Shown here piece by piece: positions 62,884-64,000 of a stretch of DNA of 64,000 bases. Made by a program: the position numbers and the translations under genes. Under the pieces are notes generated by a model. The model did not search any database, was not told where the DNA came from, and was given only the letters and a program-made list of their open reading frames with translations. How positions within the stretch are numbered: the stretch's first letter is position 1; each line of letters starts with the position of its first letter. The DNA is from Macrostomum lignano (taxonomy: Eukaryota): the NCBI GenBank assembly GCA_002269645.1, contig NIVC01000996.1:124001-188000 (forward strand), in the 5' to 3' direction.

Positions 62884-64000
62884 TTAAGCTTGAGAAGTGT
62901 TAGCTTGTTGCTGTTGTTGCAGCTGCGGAGCTGGCTGCGACGGCGGAGGCGGTGGCTCCACGGAGTTCTGTCTCAACTTTCGTACAGCCGACTTGGTTCG
63001 TCTTGCGCCAGAAGTTGAAGGTGCCTCAGTAGCAGCACCGTTCGGTGCTGAGTTAGCGGTTGCAGCTGCTCCAGCTGCTCTGCCACTGGTAGAAGCGGCT
63101 GTTTGGGGTCTGCGAAGTTGAAGCATCGAAGGCGGCAGCTGCGGCGGCGGTTGCTTCGACGTCTGCTTGGCTGCAGCAGCGGCGGCGGCGGCGGCGGCAG
63201 CAGCAGCAGCACGTCGTTCTTCCCGACGTCGTCTATGATGTCTTTTCGGCTGGGGCTGCTGCTGTTGCTGCTGAGCAGCCGGCGGCGGAAGAGGGTCCAA
63301 CTGACGAGCAAACCGAACTGCTTTTCTCTGCTGCTGCTGCTGCTGCTGTTTGTTGGCATCTTCAATGGCTACATCGCAGCGAACCGGTTGCGGACTGTTG
63401 GCCAACTGCTGGTGCAAGCCGTCCTTTGTGGCGAACAGCACGGGCGCCGATGTCAACAGCTTGGCTTTGCGTGCCTGCGGATTGATATTGGCTTCCTGCG
63501 AATTTCTAGCTTGACTTGCCGAAGCAGAAGACGCGCTGGCAGCTGGATTGTTCGGCTGCCTCTGACGCTGCTGCTGGCTAGGTTGAGGCTTCTGCTGCTG
63601 GTCACCTCTACTGCTGTTCACAGCGGCTGCCTTGCCGCCGTTACAGACGGCTCCGTTGTTAGAGCCGCTAGATCGGAACACCGCGTTGATCATTCCGACA
63701 AGTTTTCGTCGAACATCGGGCCGCAGCAGCAGCACTAGTGCTGGCACGGCCGGGCCGTAGGTGAACCGCAGTGTTAAAAATGCGGTCTCTAACGCTTCGG
63801 CCAGGGTTGAGTCGGCTACCGGTGCGTTGCCACTAGTAGCGGGGACTACAGGCACGGTGGTGGCGGACGAGGCCACTTTGACTCGGTCTGCTGAAATTAA
63901 AACGATGTAGGGACCAACTAGGAGAAGCCAGGCGGCCGTCAACCAGCCAGTCTGCGCAGTTAGCGGCCCAGTTGTCGACGAGATCAAGGAGTTCTGGCGG
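62884..64000 (-). CDS. 3' part of a putative GPCR-like membrane protein with long Q/A-rich tail (5' end outside window)
   Basis: Open to window edge; TM6-like GWLTAAWLLLVGPYIVLI, TM7-like AFLTLRFTYGPAVPALVLLL, helix-8-like RPDVRRKL. Confidence 0.5.
   Translation of the reverse strand, partial: RQNSLISSTTGPLTAQTGWLTAAWLLLVGPYIVLISADRVKVASSATTVPVVPATSGNAPVADSTLAEALETAFLTLRFTYGPAVPALVLLLRPDVRRKLVGMINAVFRSSGSNNGAVCNGGKAAAVNSSRGDQQQKPQPSQQQRQRQPNNPAASASSASASQARNSQEANINPQARKAKLLTSAPVLFATKDGLHQQLANSPQPVRCDVAIEDANKQQQQQQQRKAVRFARQLDPLPPPAAQQQQQQPQPKRHHRRRREERRAAAAAAAAAAAAAAKQTSKQPPPQLPPSMLQLRRPQTAASTSGRAAGAAATANSAPNGAATEAPSTSGARRTKSAVRKLRQNSVEPPPPPSQPAPQLQQQQQANTSQA

Overview
Eukaryotic (animal) genomic DNA. 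The GC-rich exons with poly-Q/poly-A runs, minisatellite-filled introns and TTAGGG repeats suggest the flatworm Macrostomum; this is inference, not verified. Spliced gene models reconstructed by hand with consistent intron phases: a divergent HEI10/CCNB1IP1-like RING protein (+, 3 exons), NEK2-like kinase (-, 4 exons, two GC-AG introns), CCDC177-like protein (-, 4 exons), JTB (-, 3 exons), PPIL1 cyclophilin (+, 2 exons) and an intronless ceramide synthase (+). There is also an orphan ORF and the 3' end of a GPCR-like gene at the right edge. Mobile DNA: a young 4.5-kb Ty3/Gypsy LTR retrotransposon (5-bp TSD, tRNA-Ser-like PBS), several TIR MITEs with clear TSDs (three nested), two tRNA-derived SINE copies, a truncated LINE, a mariner relic, and a ~13-kb head-to-tail array of two families of Helentron/DINE-1-like non-autonomous elements (A-A-B-B-A). 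Many ORF-track entries are translation artefacts of tandem repeats and CT-rich tracts.
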